A DNA stretch of 64,000 bases from the human T2T-CHM13v2.0 reference genome, Homo sapiens: NCBI RefSeq assembly GCF_009914755.1, contig NC_060927.1; one strand, 5' to 3'. Position 1 is the first letter of the stretch. Every line of letters begins with the position of its first letter. The notes below the pieces were generated by a model, which was given only the letters and a program-made list of their open reading frames with translations, made no database searches and was not told the DNA's origin. Below are positions 40,561 through 53,399 of this stretch, one piece after another. A program made the translations under genes and the position numbers.

Positions 40561-41121
40561 TGATGGTGGGGCTTCAAAACTGATGTTCAAAATGTAGTGC
40601 TTTGACATGTTGAACTGAAGAAGAAACCTCTAGGTCTCCCTGACCCTGCCCACACTGCCCTGACCTTAGATCTTCTGTCTATCCCAACACACAGAGTGAA
40701 GTTTTCTGACATTCCCTTATCTGCCTAAAGTCTAGACTTGCCGAAGAAAACAATTAAACCTGCTCCCTTCCCTGATTTTCTCGTTAACCAAACTCATATC
40801 ATAGGAAGAAAGACTAAACTCTGCCAACTAAACTAGACAGACTTTTGTCACAAATCATTGTCCTCTCTTCAAGCCCATTGAACCCCCTTAAAATCAGTTA
40901 CTAGCTCCCCCAAATTATCCAACTTCCTTCACTTCTCTTACCTCTAAGAAAAAATGTAATAACCATTCATAAACCATTACATGGTGGGGTAATCACTCTA
41001 TGATTTTCCGTATTTGCACAATAATAAATTTGTATGTCTCTTATTACTAATTTATCTTCCATCAGTTGATTTTCAGAGAACCTACAGAAGGTGAAGAGGA
41101 AGTTTTCCCTTGGCCTGTACA
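40561..41121 (+). mobile_element. ERV1 LTR, MER31/MER67 group (5' LTR)
   Basis: Ends 'gttgattttcagagaacctacagaaggtgaagaggaagttttcccttggcctgtaca'; AATAAA near 41023; left boundary approximate. Confidence 0.65.
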
Positions 41122-42743
41122 GTTTTAGTGTCACAAACAGGACACTAAATGTGCTCTGATATTCTGGAAGCCATAGTCAAGGGAAGCCAGGAGCTTACAA
41201 GCTGGCAGAGGGGTAAGAAATTCTTACCAGCCAGGCTCCCAGACTCTACTGACTCTGGTTGAGCAGATGGTAAAAATCACATTTTGTCTCTTTTTCCTCC
41301 CAAAACTTTTGATTAATGAGAGAAAAGAATTTGTGTTAATTCTTTTAGGTATAGCAACTCTGGTGTACTTTTAGTATGAATATTAATATTGTTTCATACT
41401 TTTCCTCCTAGAAATAGTTTTTTCCTTTGTCTTTGTCTTTCTGTGTTGTTCTGTCATAAAGAGAGGTACCCTGTGGTAGTACATAGGCCTAAAACTCCCA
41501 TAAATCCATCGTTCAAGCGACTGCTGCAGACTGGTCAGTTTTGCAGTTCTGGCCAGACCAGTGGCTATTTAGATGAACGTTGCTCTGGGTCCCCATAATA
41601 AAAAGCAGATGAGATTCCCCTCTCGTCTAATATTTTATGTACTTTAGAGATTGACTTGTGACCAAGTGGGAGCACTCTCTCAACTTTAACCATCTGGGGT
41701 GCATGATATTTGAGTCATGTCTGGTGGCCAGCCTAACAAGACTGGGAACCCTAAAAAATGCAAGATTTTAAGCAGTATACTTTTTGTTCTGAACATGTCA
41801 TATTCTCAGGGAAGTTTATCGTATGAAGTCCCATCCTTAAGGAGATTTTGTCACCTCAACACTTGTTGCCTTGTTAGTCATGGGAAAGTCTAGTCCCAGG
41901 ACTGCCTACCTATGTCATGGATTGAGTCCATGATTGGTGGCCCACCACAAGTTTGTGGGGTATTGGAGGCACTGTATACATAAACATACAATTATCTTTA
42001 ACCATCTATGACAAAACGAGTCTTTTGAAATTTTATCCTACCTTTGGAATTGAACTTTTTTGGGTGGGGATTTTTGGAGCTACCTCTTCTATATCCTCTC
42101 TAGGGAATTCCTCTTCTATACCCTCTGCAGGAAATACGTCTTGCTTATATGGTAAAAACTCATTCTAAACTTGGAAAATCGCCTGCTGGACTTTTCATAA
42201 AGAGGTTACTGGGCTGATCCACTATTTAAATAATTACAACTTTGGTAATTATCTGTGTGACTCTTGACTTGTGGGGGTATCCATTTATTATTGATACTTT
42301 TCTCTTCCACAGATGGCTTTTGACTTTCTATCTTTTCCCATCTGTAGATCACACAAAGTTTTAGGGGTTTTGAATATAGTTTGTCAACTGAGAAGGTGAG
42401 ACGGTAGACAATATGGCCAGATAGAAATGTGGGTTGTCCCCATTTGCGGGGAGCAAAACTGTCCTTTCATTGAGTTGCTATTGGGTTGGTTCTGTATCTT
42501 GTGAAAATAACTTTGCATCTCTTTTGAGATGCCTAGTTTGTCCTTGTTAAGTCATAACCTTTGTTAAGGCTTATTGATTATGGTGAGTCACTTGGAAAGG
42601 TACCTTTGGTTTAAAAGAAAAAAAAAATATTTAAAATCTAGGTAAATTGACTGTTTGTCCCAGCTAACATTTAATAAGAGATTTTCAAAAATGTTTATTT
42701 TAAAGAGATCTATCATCAGAAGTCAGCTTAATTAAAAGCTGAT
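41122..42743 (+). mobile_element. Non-autonomous ERV1 (MER4-group) internal leader, 3'-truncated
   Basis: Degenerate PBS directly after the LTR CA, donor-like 'gggtaagaa' near 41211, MER4-group motif 'gtcagcttaattaaaagctgata'; no 3' LTR seen. Confidence 0.65.
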
Positions 42744-42860
42744 AGGCTATGGCAGGAGAATTGCTTGAACCCAGGAGGCAGAGGTTGCAGTGAGCAGAGA
42801 TCACAATGCTACACTCCAGCCTGGGCGACAGAGCAAGACTCTGTCTCAAAAAAAAAAAAA
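42744..42860 (+). mobile_element. Alu right-arm fragment with poly(A)
   Basis: 'ggcaggagaattgcttgaacccaggaggcagaggttgcagtgagc...ctgtctc(A)n'. Confidence 0.9.
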
Positions 42861-43002
42861 TACATATGGATATGTATATAATTCCTTAATATCAATAGGA
42901 AAATATTTGTGAGTATTCTAATTTCTCTGACATTGTCATATTTGATTTGCAACTAATTTGATTGAATTGGGATCCTAAGAAGGTATATAAATTCACCTCC
43001 CA

Positions 43003-45220
43003 CTAGGGAGGCCTCACAATCATGGAAGAAGGCAAGGAGGAGCAAGTCACATCTTATGTGGATGGTGGCATGCAAAAAGAGAGTTTGTGCAGGGAAACTC
43101 CCATTTGTAAAACCATCAGATCTTGCAAGACTCATTCACTATCTAAAGAAGAGCACAGGGAAGACCCGCCCCATGATTTAATCACCTCCCACTGGTTCCT
43201 CCCACAACATGTGGGAATTGTGGGAGTAAAAATTCCAGATGAGATTTGGGTGGGGACTCAGCCAAACCATATCATTTCGATCCTGAGCCCTCACAAACCT
43301 CATATCCTCACATTTTAAAATGAATCATGCCTTCCCAACAGTCCCCCATAGTCTTAACTCATTTCAGCATTAACTCAAATGTCCACAGTCCAATGTCTCA
43401 TCTGAGACAAGGCAAGTTCCTTCCACCTATAAGCCTGTAAAATCAAAAGCAAGTTAGTTACTTCCTAGATGCATTAAGAGTAAAGGCATTGGGTAAATAC
43501 ACCTGTTCAAAATGGGAGAAATATGTGAAAACAAAGGTGTTACAGGTCCCATGCAAGTCCAAAATCCAGCAGGGCACTCGAATCTCAAAGATCTAAAATG
43601 ATCTCCTTTAAATCTATGTCTCACATCCAGGTCACACTGATGCAAGAGTTAGGTTCCCATGGTCTTCAGCAGCTCCACCTCTGTGGGTTTTGCAGGGTAC
43701 ATCCTTCCTCCTGTCTGCTTTCACAAGCTGGCATTGAGTGTCTGTGGCTTTTCTAGGTGTACAGTGAAAGCTTTCAGTAGATCTACCATTCTGGGGTCTG
43801 GAGGACAGTGGCCCTTTTCTCACAGCTCCAGTAGGTGGTATCCCAGAAGGGATTCTGTGTGGGGGCTCCAACCCCACATTTCCCTTCCACACTGCCCTAG
43901 AGGAGGTTCTCCATGAGACCCTCGCCCCTGCAGAAAACTTCTGCCTGAACATCCAGAGATTTCCATACATCCTCTGAAATCTAGGCAGAGGTTTCCAAAC
44001 CTCAGTTTTTTATTTTTGTGTACTCATAGGCTCAACACCACATGGAAGCTGCCAAGGCTTAAGGCTTGTATCATCTGAAGCCACAGCCCAAACTCTACAT
44101 CAGCCCCTTTCAGCCATAGCAGGAGTGGCTGGGACACAGGGCACAAAGTCTCTGGGCTGCACTCAGCATATGGTCCCCAGGCCCAGCCTATGAAACCACT
44201 TTTTCCTCCTGGGCCTCTGATTCTGTGATGGGAGGCTGCTCTGAAGATCTCTGACATACTCTGGAGACATTTTCCCCATTGTCTTGAGGAGTAACATTCG
44301 GCTTCTCATTACTTATGCAAATTTCTGCAGCCTGCTTGAATGTCTCCTCAGGAAATTGATTTTTCTTTTCTATGGCATTGTCAGGCTGCACACTTTCCAA
44401 ACATTTATGCTCCACTTTTCTTATAAAACTGAATTCCTTTAACAATACCCAAGTCACCTCTTGAATGCTTTACTGCTTAGAAATTTCTTCTGCCAAATAC
44501 CCTAAATCATCTCTTTCATGTTCAAAGTTTCACAAATCTCTAGGGCAGAGGAAAATGCTGCCAGTCTCACTTCGCTAAAGCATAATGAGAGTCACCTTTG
44601 CTCTAGTTCCCAACAAGTTCCTCATCTCCATCTGAGACCAACTCACCCTGGGACCTTTTTGTTCATATCACTATCAGCATTTTTGTCAAAGTCATTCAAC
44701 AAGTCTACAGAAACTTACAAACTTTCCCACAATTTTTTTTTGTCTTCTTCTAGAGTCCTCCAAACAGTTCCAACCTCTGCCTGTTACCCAGTTCCAAAGT
44801 CACTTCCACATTTTCAGGTGTCTTTTCAGCAATGCCCCACTCAACTGGTACCAATTTACTGTATTAGTTCATTTTCACACTGCTGATAAAGCCATAATCG
44901 AGACTGGGAGTAAAAAGAGATTTAGTGGACTTACAGTTCCACATGGCTGGGGAAGCCTCACAATGATTGTGGAAGGCAAGTAGGACCAAGTCCCGTCTTA
45001 TGTGTATGGTAGCAGGCAAAGAAAGAGCTTATGCAGGGAAACTCCCATTTTTAAAACCATCGGATCTCACAAGACTCATTCACTATCTAAAGAACAGCAC
45101 AGGGAAGACCCGCTCCCACGATTCAATCACTTCCTAGTGGGTTCCTCCAAGAACACGTGGGAATTGTGGGAGCTACAATTCAAGATGAGATTTGGGTGGG
45201 GACACAACCAAACCATATCA
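43003..45220 (-). mobile_element. THE1 (MaLR) provirus: truncated 3' LTR 43003-43274, internal 43275-44859, 5' LTR 44860-45220
   Basis: Both LTRs begin TGATATGGTTTGG on the minus strand; about 1.6 kb THE1-int between them; the left LTR lacks about 90 bp of its U5 end. Confidence 0.95.
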
Positions 45221-45316
45221 CCTTATAAAGTTTCTGTGAAAATTAATTAGTTAATATACAACCAAAAATGTTTTATACTGTGTTTGACATATATTAAGCA
45301 CTCAATAAATGTTTAC
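45221..45316 (+). mobile_element. MIR 3' fragment
   Basis: 'ccttataaagtttctgtgaaaattaattagttaata...taagcactcaataaatgtt'. Confidence 0.6.
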
Positions 45317-46779
45317 CCTAAAATGTACATTTATTTTAAATCAAAGTTTATAATATAGTAGGTATTCATGCATTTATAAATGTAATTATTAATTTTTTGC
45401 AATACACTTTGAAAGAAAAAATTCATAATTAAGATTAGAATATCAATTTAAAGTGTTTAAAAATATCCTATTTATGTGTTAGTTGCAGAACCAATTTGCT
45501 AAAATAAGCTTATTGTATTATATCACAGGCCACATACAGAGCATTTAATAGAGAGTAGAGTGGTTTTCTGGACAGACATATTTTACAAATAAAGATATTC
45601 TCTTGAGAATGAAGGTTTAAAAAATAGAAGAACACAACCCTCACATGCTTTCCATGAACAAAGTAATTCACTGTTTGTAATCGATAATGAGAAACCCAGA
45701 AGTAATATGCAGAATATATAAATTGGTTGACTGATGCAATATATGCTATTCAAGGAGTTATGAGAAGTTGAAAAAAATGGCCTTCTTTAAAAAAGAAAAT
45801 AATATAGTCCAAACTGAACATAATAGAGAATTCAGGATACAAACTGCAGTGATATGAACAAGGTTAATTTGGAAGGTCAGAGAAAATGAGAACATTAAAC
45901 TTTTACAAGGCAAATATTAAAAATTGGAATATAGAAACAAGAATCAATAAGCAGAAAATATTTATCAAAATAATAAAATCCAGTGTAGCCTTCTATGGCA
46001 ATTCTCAACATATCCTTTTAACCAATGTCTCATAGGTATAAAACAGTTTGAGAATGAATAAAGCCCTCTAAAATTTAGGCAAATTCTTCTTTAAATATAA
46101 CACCTAATTACCACATTTTCCTAGCCTTGTTCATATGCAGATATTCATTTAATTATTTTTCAGATAAAAATTTTTGTTTTATTTAAACTGTTATACATCT
46201 AGACAATCATTTCCAGAACAACAGGATTAGTATCATTTGAGATAATCATATTAACTCTGAGTTAGCCCCAGATGATCAAACTTTACTTACCTTTTTTTTT
46301 TTTTTTTAAACAATATTGAGTGCTGCTTCTGGAGGAGCTAAGTGTAGAAAATACATAATATAAAAAACATAAAAAACTGAAGTATAGAAATGTGGATCTA
46401 ACATTCTTTGAAAACTTATCACTTGGGTATTCCTGGGTTTCTTCATATTACATTTTATTTGAATTGGCAAAGTAGAGGTTGTTCCATGTTGACCAGATTG
46501 ACATATTTTTGCAGGAGAGATAGCATAAAGTTCTTATATCTACAGCAATAGTTGAATCTATTACTTTCTTAATGGCATTTCCTAGAGCTTTATCTCTTTT
46601 ATATTTTGCTCATATTCTATTATCAAATGCCCAGTTAAGCTTTGAAATAAAATAACATATTTTTATAAGTTAATTCAGGTTTTAACTTTGAATGTTTCTA
46701 CAGGACTTGAGAAGTTATATCCATAAGCTTAATACATGTATAAAATACATATATTTGATTTTTAAAAAGTAGAAAAATG

Positions 46780-48590
46780 TGAAATGACTTCTGGATTGGT
46801 GACATTAAGAACCCTGTTCCTACTCCCCAGCAAAACAAACGGAATTAGTAAAAAAATTTTTTCAAATAGAAGCCCTGTGTCCTAATGGCACACAGCAAAT
46901 GAAGAAAACATTCAAGATAATCTACTAAATCTCAGTAAGAGCAAATCTGTGATGCTTGAACAAAGGCCCACTTGCTACCCAAAACCGCAGCTCAGAATAA
47001 TGAAAGTTCTACTCTGGGTGGATACAGTGAAAAAAACAGGACATCTATTTTTCCCAATTTTCAGTCTATGACATCTCCCTAGTTCAGGCGGGACCAGAAT
47101 TTCTCATTTCACTAAGGTCCATGTGGCAGAAATTGGATTTTAGCAAGAATGTCTGGAGCTCTCTTGCCCCATTCACCCTCACTGCTAAAGCAGAAGCTCC
47201 ATCCCAGGACAAGCACGTTGAGAGCACTGGGGCCCTAATTGCTCTTGCATCAGCACACTGCTGGGGTAGAGGTTTTATGCCAGTGAGGCTAGACAAGACC
47301 AGAGGGAATCTCTCCCATCTGGTGCATGTCCTGCTCATAAAACAGCAGCAGCACCTTTAGAGAAATAACTCTTTCCATTCCCAGTTCCAGAGCGCTGATT
47401 CAGAGGTTTTCTTAGAGACAGAGGCTGGCCATAAAAACAGAGACCTCTGAAGCTTCCCCCACGTGACTTGGCTTTATTTTGAATATAGTGTGGGGAAGCT
47501 AAAACTTAAGGCATTCTCAGTAACAGTGGAGGTTTTGGTAGTAAGCAATTAAAAGAAGGTTGGTATCTAAATGAGGGCAATAAGCTAACACACTAGGCCA
47601 CTTAGTCTACCAGAGTGAACTAGAGACAAGATATCTAAGAAGAATCCTCTTGGAGTTAGAATAAACTTTAAAGACTTGCCTCAAGACCACCCCTGCAAAG
47701 AGGATAAAATTTAATTATATAAGACCCTGGATTAATTTATGCCCTAGGTCATTGTAGAAAACAAAATACCAATAGCCAGCAATTAGTAGAGGCTACGAGT
47801 TTGGTGTGATACCAGTAAAGATAGATGGCTTAACAGAAATATGATATAAAGGGACAAACCAAGAGAGCCCTGCTAAAGCCAGTACTATTCTTGAGTGCAT
47901 TTTCTAAGGCAGCAATCTCTTGCAAAGGCCACAGACTTCAGGAGAAAATACTTTATTAAGATAGTGACAACAACAATTTATGAGGGAAAATCCATATCCA
48001 GAGTTGTTGTAATATATTCCCTAAAATGTTCAATTTTTAACAATAAAAACAAGACATGCAAAGACAGAGGAAAGTGTAACACACATATAGGAAAAAAAAA
48101 GATAACCAAAACTGCCTATGAAGGGGTCCAAGTGGTAGGCTTATCAGACAAAGCCTGCAAAGTATCTATTAAAAATATAATCAAAGGACTAAATAAACGA
48201 AACCATTCTTAAAGAAATAAAGGAAGGTATGATGACAATATTTTACTAAATAAAATATAACTTAAATGGAAATTAAAGAGTGGAAAATAAAATCATCAAA
48301 ATAAACATTTCATTGGAGGAATTCAACAGTAGATTTAAACTGGCAGAAGATAAATTCAGTGAAGTTGAAAATAAAAGTTATGGTTCATTCTGAAGAACAG
48401 AAACAAAATAATGAAGAAAAACAAACAAACTTTTAGGAGAATATAGGGCAGATACAATTAAACACACCAGCATATGTAAAAAAGAATATCAGGATAGAAA
48501 ATTGAGAAGCAAGCAGGAAAAATAGTCTAAAAAATAATGGCTGTAAACTTTCCAAAATCATTGGAAACCTTAAACATCTAAGAGGTTAAG
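46780..48590 (+). mobile_element. Old L1M (L1MC/L1M4-type) 5' UTR and ORF1
   Basis: 'gcacacagcaaatgaagaaaacattcaagataatctactaaatctcagtaaga', 'ttcaacagtagatttaaactggcagaagataaattcagtgaagttgaa', 'aataatggctgtaaactttccaaa'. Confidence 0.75.
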
Positions 48591-48609
48591 GATTTTAGAG
48601 TGCATTTAA

Positions 48610-48662
48610 GCAAACTCCTTCATTTTACAGGCATGGACACTGAGCCTAGAAAGATGACAGAT
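48610..48662 (-). mobile_element. MIR core fragment
   Basis: 'ccttcattttacaggcatggacactgagcctagaaaga'. Confidence 0.55.
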
Positions 48663-51600
48663 TTATATTTCCTTTAATATTCCCGAATGGTTCATACAAA
48701 AATCTGTATATGTGAAATTAGCCCAGAGAAGAGTTTTAGAACATGAGGTCAGGAGTTGTTAATTCACTCTAAAATCCTTAACTATCATAAACTTCTATAA
48801 TTTTGTGTTTCAAGTGGCCTACGTGATTCTTCAATGAATAAAGCCTTTAAATCTTAACTCTATTTGAATTCCAGGCTCCAAACAAGGAATCAGTTCACAC
48901 ACTTCATTGCTTTAATAAAACTCCTCATTACTCAACGTAGTCACCTTTTTAACTCATATGCAGTCCATTGGACAATTGTTTATTAACCAATTCCTAATCT
49001 CACACATGGAAAGTCCTCCCACTCTTCTCCCCCTTTACAAATTTCTCCTGTCTTTTGGGGATCACCTTTAATCACAATTCCTCCCACACACCTTTTTTGA
49101 CTTCCCTGATCTTTATCAATCAATATCACTGACTAACATAAACCTGATGGGCAATACACTGATCTTTAAAAAAACGTATTCCTATTCTCATCTGTTTAGT
49201 TTTCTCTCTTTGATCATGACTTTGCTTTGATACTTTTATTCATATGTGCCATATCACCAGATTCAATGCTGGGCATGCCCCTTCCACCAGCTGCTAGTTC
49301 CCATGTGCAGAATAGAAGGGTTTAATCCAACCATAGTACAGAAACATTTACCACACAGTTCAGAATTACAAAGGCTATTGGAAGATATAAAATTATTATA
49401 GAAAACCTTTGGGTTATAAGAATTGCTAGTTTTTGAGAATCATAAAAGAGGAAAAATATTACTCTCCTCTCTCTGGAAGAGAAAGATTCCTAACAAAAGG
49501 TCCTTTACAAAGCTACTTTATTAATGTTCACTAACATGAAAAAAAAATTGACCTATTTATCTGACAGCATTTGATTTTAGACTAATTAAAATTTCATAAA
49601 ATTACTTAGCATTTATAATAGCAATAATTTATTAGAAATTGAGGATTAAAATAAAAAAATATTACACAAATCTAGTTTTGCAGAGTTATCTCTTTACAAA
49701 AAAAGTAATACATTATTTTGCAAATTATTTGGTATTAGGAAACCTATTTATATAATTAAAATTAGGTACAACAAACAACATAGTTTTAGAAGCATATGTG
49801 ATGCTCTGTGTGCTCTATATACTTTATTATAGCTGGGTCTTTTTTTCTAAAAATAGTAAAATAAATCTGTCCTCTGTCAGGTTTTCAGAAACACCAAATT
49901 AAGAATGTTTTTATGACATCTAACTTTCATTAGGATAAATATTTTAAAGAACGTTGGAAACGATACATTTAGTTTGGATATCTTTGGGGTTTTTTTGAAT
50001 TGGTAAAATTACCTATTTTTATGATGTGTGAATTATCTAGAAGCCTGTACACAAAAAAGAATAAAGGCCTTCAAATAAAAGCATTTCTAAAGGCTAAAGA
50101 GATTTTAACCTCATAAATTTGACTTTGAGCATACTTAGTTTTAATATTTGTTCTTTCTGAGGAAAATAAGGTCAAAATAACTAAAGTTCTCTTTAATTTT
50201 AAAGACAAACATGCCTCTCTAAATAAACCATACTTTCATTCATATCTAACACATTTTGTTTATTATATCTCTACTATTAGTTTCCTACCCTAGTTTCTGC
50301 ACAATGCCCAGTTTTTCAGAGTTAATCTGTATTATAACATAAGATGTATTCATTGAATAATAGGATTGCCTGTAAGATTTACATAGCCCCCTCAATTAAA
50401 TTAAACATGACTTGTATGTCTACAAATACATTACTTTCTACTCTATTTGACCTATTGTGTATAAGAGATTTAAATGTATGAGATTTCAACATGTTGGAAC
50501 TTTCTGTTCACTTTGCACATTGGCCAAACAAAAGTTTTATCCAGATTTAAACTAATTTTATACAAAGCAGCCAATATTGTAAAAATAATGTCACTGTATA
50601 GAGACTAAAATATAGTGGTTGATCCAATTTTCTATGGAAAATTTATTTACATGAACTAAATGTTTTGAATTCTTTACCCTTTCACAAGCAACTAAAAATG
50701 CTGCAGGTAAATTTTTTTAAGTATCAGCTATTCTTTGTTTTCTCTACAATTCTTACCTTTTCAGAATCTATTTAAGCTAAACAAATGTAACAAATAATTC
50801 AATTCTCTAAAGACCTTGGATGGTAATTTAAAAAATGATAAAGATATTACAACATAATATATTTTTAATAAAACACAACGTATGATTAGACATGAATATG
50901 TATTATGTATTAGGAAAAAGACTGAAGAAAAAATTTGCCAAAACATATTCAAAAAAACACAGCTACAACAGATATTTCTTCACAATGAGAAAAAAAATTA
51001 AGCCTATGTTCAGGAGTCTTTCAAGCTTTGCAGAAATTCTTGTTAGACTTGCCACCATTACAATAAATAAAATTATTTACAAATAATGCCATGCTTGTTA
51101 GGTAATAATAGATTTCCAATGGAGGAATACACATTAAATCAGCAAATGTTTTCACTGTTTTTATTGGGCCTGAACAGAGGAGACGACAGAATATGTTAAA
51201 TGCTAAAATTGGCTATTAAAAGACAGTGAATCCATTTCACTGCAGCTTTTTATTTGTTTGGTTGGTTGAGTTTTTAAAAAATATATATCATAGTATCATA
51301 CATACCTGATAAAATTGATTCATCGTATCTCTAATGTCTGTTTCTGTGTCTCAGCCACTGTCCAATATCCAATTTTCCAGAAGATACTCCCTTCAGTCAC
51401 TTTAAATGTGATAGATATTTGTACCTGATTTTAATAGGAAAAATTATCAGACAGTAGGACTCATTAGATGCCACCTTTTCAGCTACTTGCTACAGGTCAC
51501 TGCTATAGCTTTTCACCTTATCAAATTGAATCAGACAGTGGCAATAATCTGATTGCATTCAGCACGGTGTCTGCAGAAACATCTCTACTTTCTGAGCAGC

Positions 51601-53241
51601 TCTATTGTATTCATCTTCCTTCAGATTGCATCCAGTTTCATTACGGAACTTTGCTTCAAGGATTAACTTGGGATACAAGAAGAAAAAAATCAAAAGCAAG
51701 ATGCTGAAATTGCCTTGAGAGACTTCAATAACATCAGTTTAAATTTGTCATACCTCAAATTAAATTTCAAAGGAGACTAGTTAAAAGAAAGTTGGCAGAA
51801 AGCTGTTTTTTCCTGTAAGATACAACTTTCTTGGCATGCACAAGTCACTTAACATTTCTGAACTGTATTTTCAATTAGCAAATAAGAATCAAAACTATAT
51901 AAGGGAAATTGCTCTCTAAAATGTAGGTTATCCTTCAGATAAAATCCAAATATTTAAAGGCCTACACAGCTTGTAATAGTAATGAAGTTATATTTGTATT
52001 TAAATCCTAAAATTGCTGATTGTTTTCTCCATCTACACAAGTAAAAAATATTCCAACTCCCATATCACTCCTTCCATGCCCCATCCCAACTCCACCCTTC
52101 CAATTATTTTTCAGGAAAAGCCTCCTCTCTTTTTCTCTCTTTCGTCTTCTTGGTAGCTACCTACCCTCAAATATCCCCTTCAGCCATTTTTGTGCTGCTA
52201 AAGACATGCTTTCCCTTTGTAGATATTTAAATCCTATGTCCAAAACAACTCTTCCTATACTTCAGTATTCATAAAACCTTTTGTGAAAAGAGCCCACAGA
52301 AATTCAGTGATTTGATGGAGCAGGGCATAACAATTATCTAGAACCTATTATAACATTTGCAAGACTTTTGCAAAGTGAACTATTAAACACAGCCATTAAT
52401 AGAAGTTAAATTATATGAACTACAAGAAAATTAATTATATTAAAAACCTGGGCAAAAATTCTCACAATTTACCACTTTAAACTACATTGTACTATTATCT
52501 ATCTTATTAAGGTTATTTACACCTGTTTTATATATATGGTGTAAATACTCTTAAATTAACTTTAGCCTAAAGCTGCCTCCTTACATACTATGAGGTCAGC
52601 CTAAAGTTGTCTCTGTACATAGTGAACTGCAACCTAAGTGAATGTGTAGACAGTTTGTAACCTACTCTTGCAGCAGTCATTGGGTTTTGACCAATCAAAG
52701 GTAACCAGCTATCCGAACTGTGTTCAAATAAGACAAACGTCAAACTGTAACCAACCCAACTGTTTCAGTACCTCACTTCCATTTTCTGTATGTCACTTTC
52801 TTTTTCTGTACATAAATCATCTTTGACCAAAGGGCAGCTCTAGAGTCTCTCTGAACCTCTTCTGCTTTGGCGGCTGCATAATTGTTGGGAATAAGAGTTC
52901 AGAATCACACTGAAAATAAGCAATTAGACAACATCTCAGCAAGGCAAATTTACTTCTGCAGAAGGGTGTGTCTTGTGTTGGAGCAATGGTGAGAGCACAC
53001 AGAACAAAGGAAAGCAGGGGTTTTTTATTATCTCTAATGCAGCTTCTGCTCCTGTGTCTTTCCCCTATTGGTTAGGGTTGGACCACATGGTCTAAACTAG
53101 TCCAATTGGCTAAACATTTAAACTTTCTTAGATAAGGTAGACACATAAGGGAAGTGAGAAGAGAGGGAAGAGGGGTCATTTACAGGGGAACTAGGAAGGT
53201 AACCTATTCCCTAATAAGGAAAGGAATGTCGACTGGGGTTG

Positions 53242-53281
53242 TAGCAAGTTCTGGCATGCCTAGGCATATTCAGACAAGTTG
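53242..53281. promoter_or_regulatory. Tandem p53-type half-site cluster in 3' LTR10
   Basis: TAGCAAGTTC-TGGCATGCCT-AGGCATATTC-AGACAAGTTG, each 9/10 to RRRCWWGYYY, zero spacers. Confidence 0.6.
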
Positions 53282-53399
53282 GGGTGCAGCAAAGGCAAGG
53301 GGGTATTTGGAATTATAGGATAGAGAATGGGAAACTGGATAAGCTGTTTGAAGAGGGAACCTAACTGTATCTAACAATTTCCCCCCTTTTGATTTTTAC

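Noticed and set aside
43022-45250. Several 63-122 aa ORFs
   Set aside because: Fragments of THE1 LTR and internal sequence, interrupted by stops and frameshifts.
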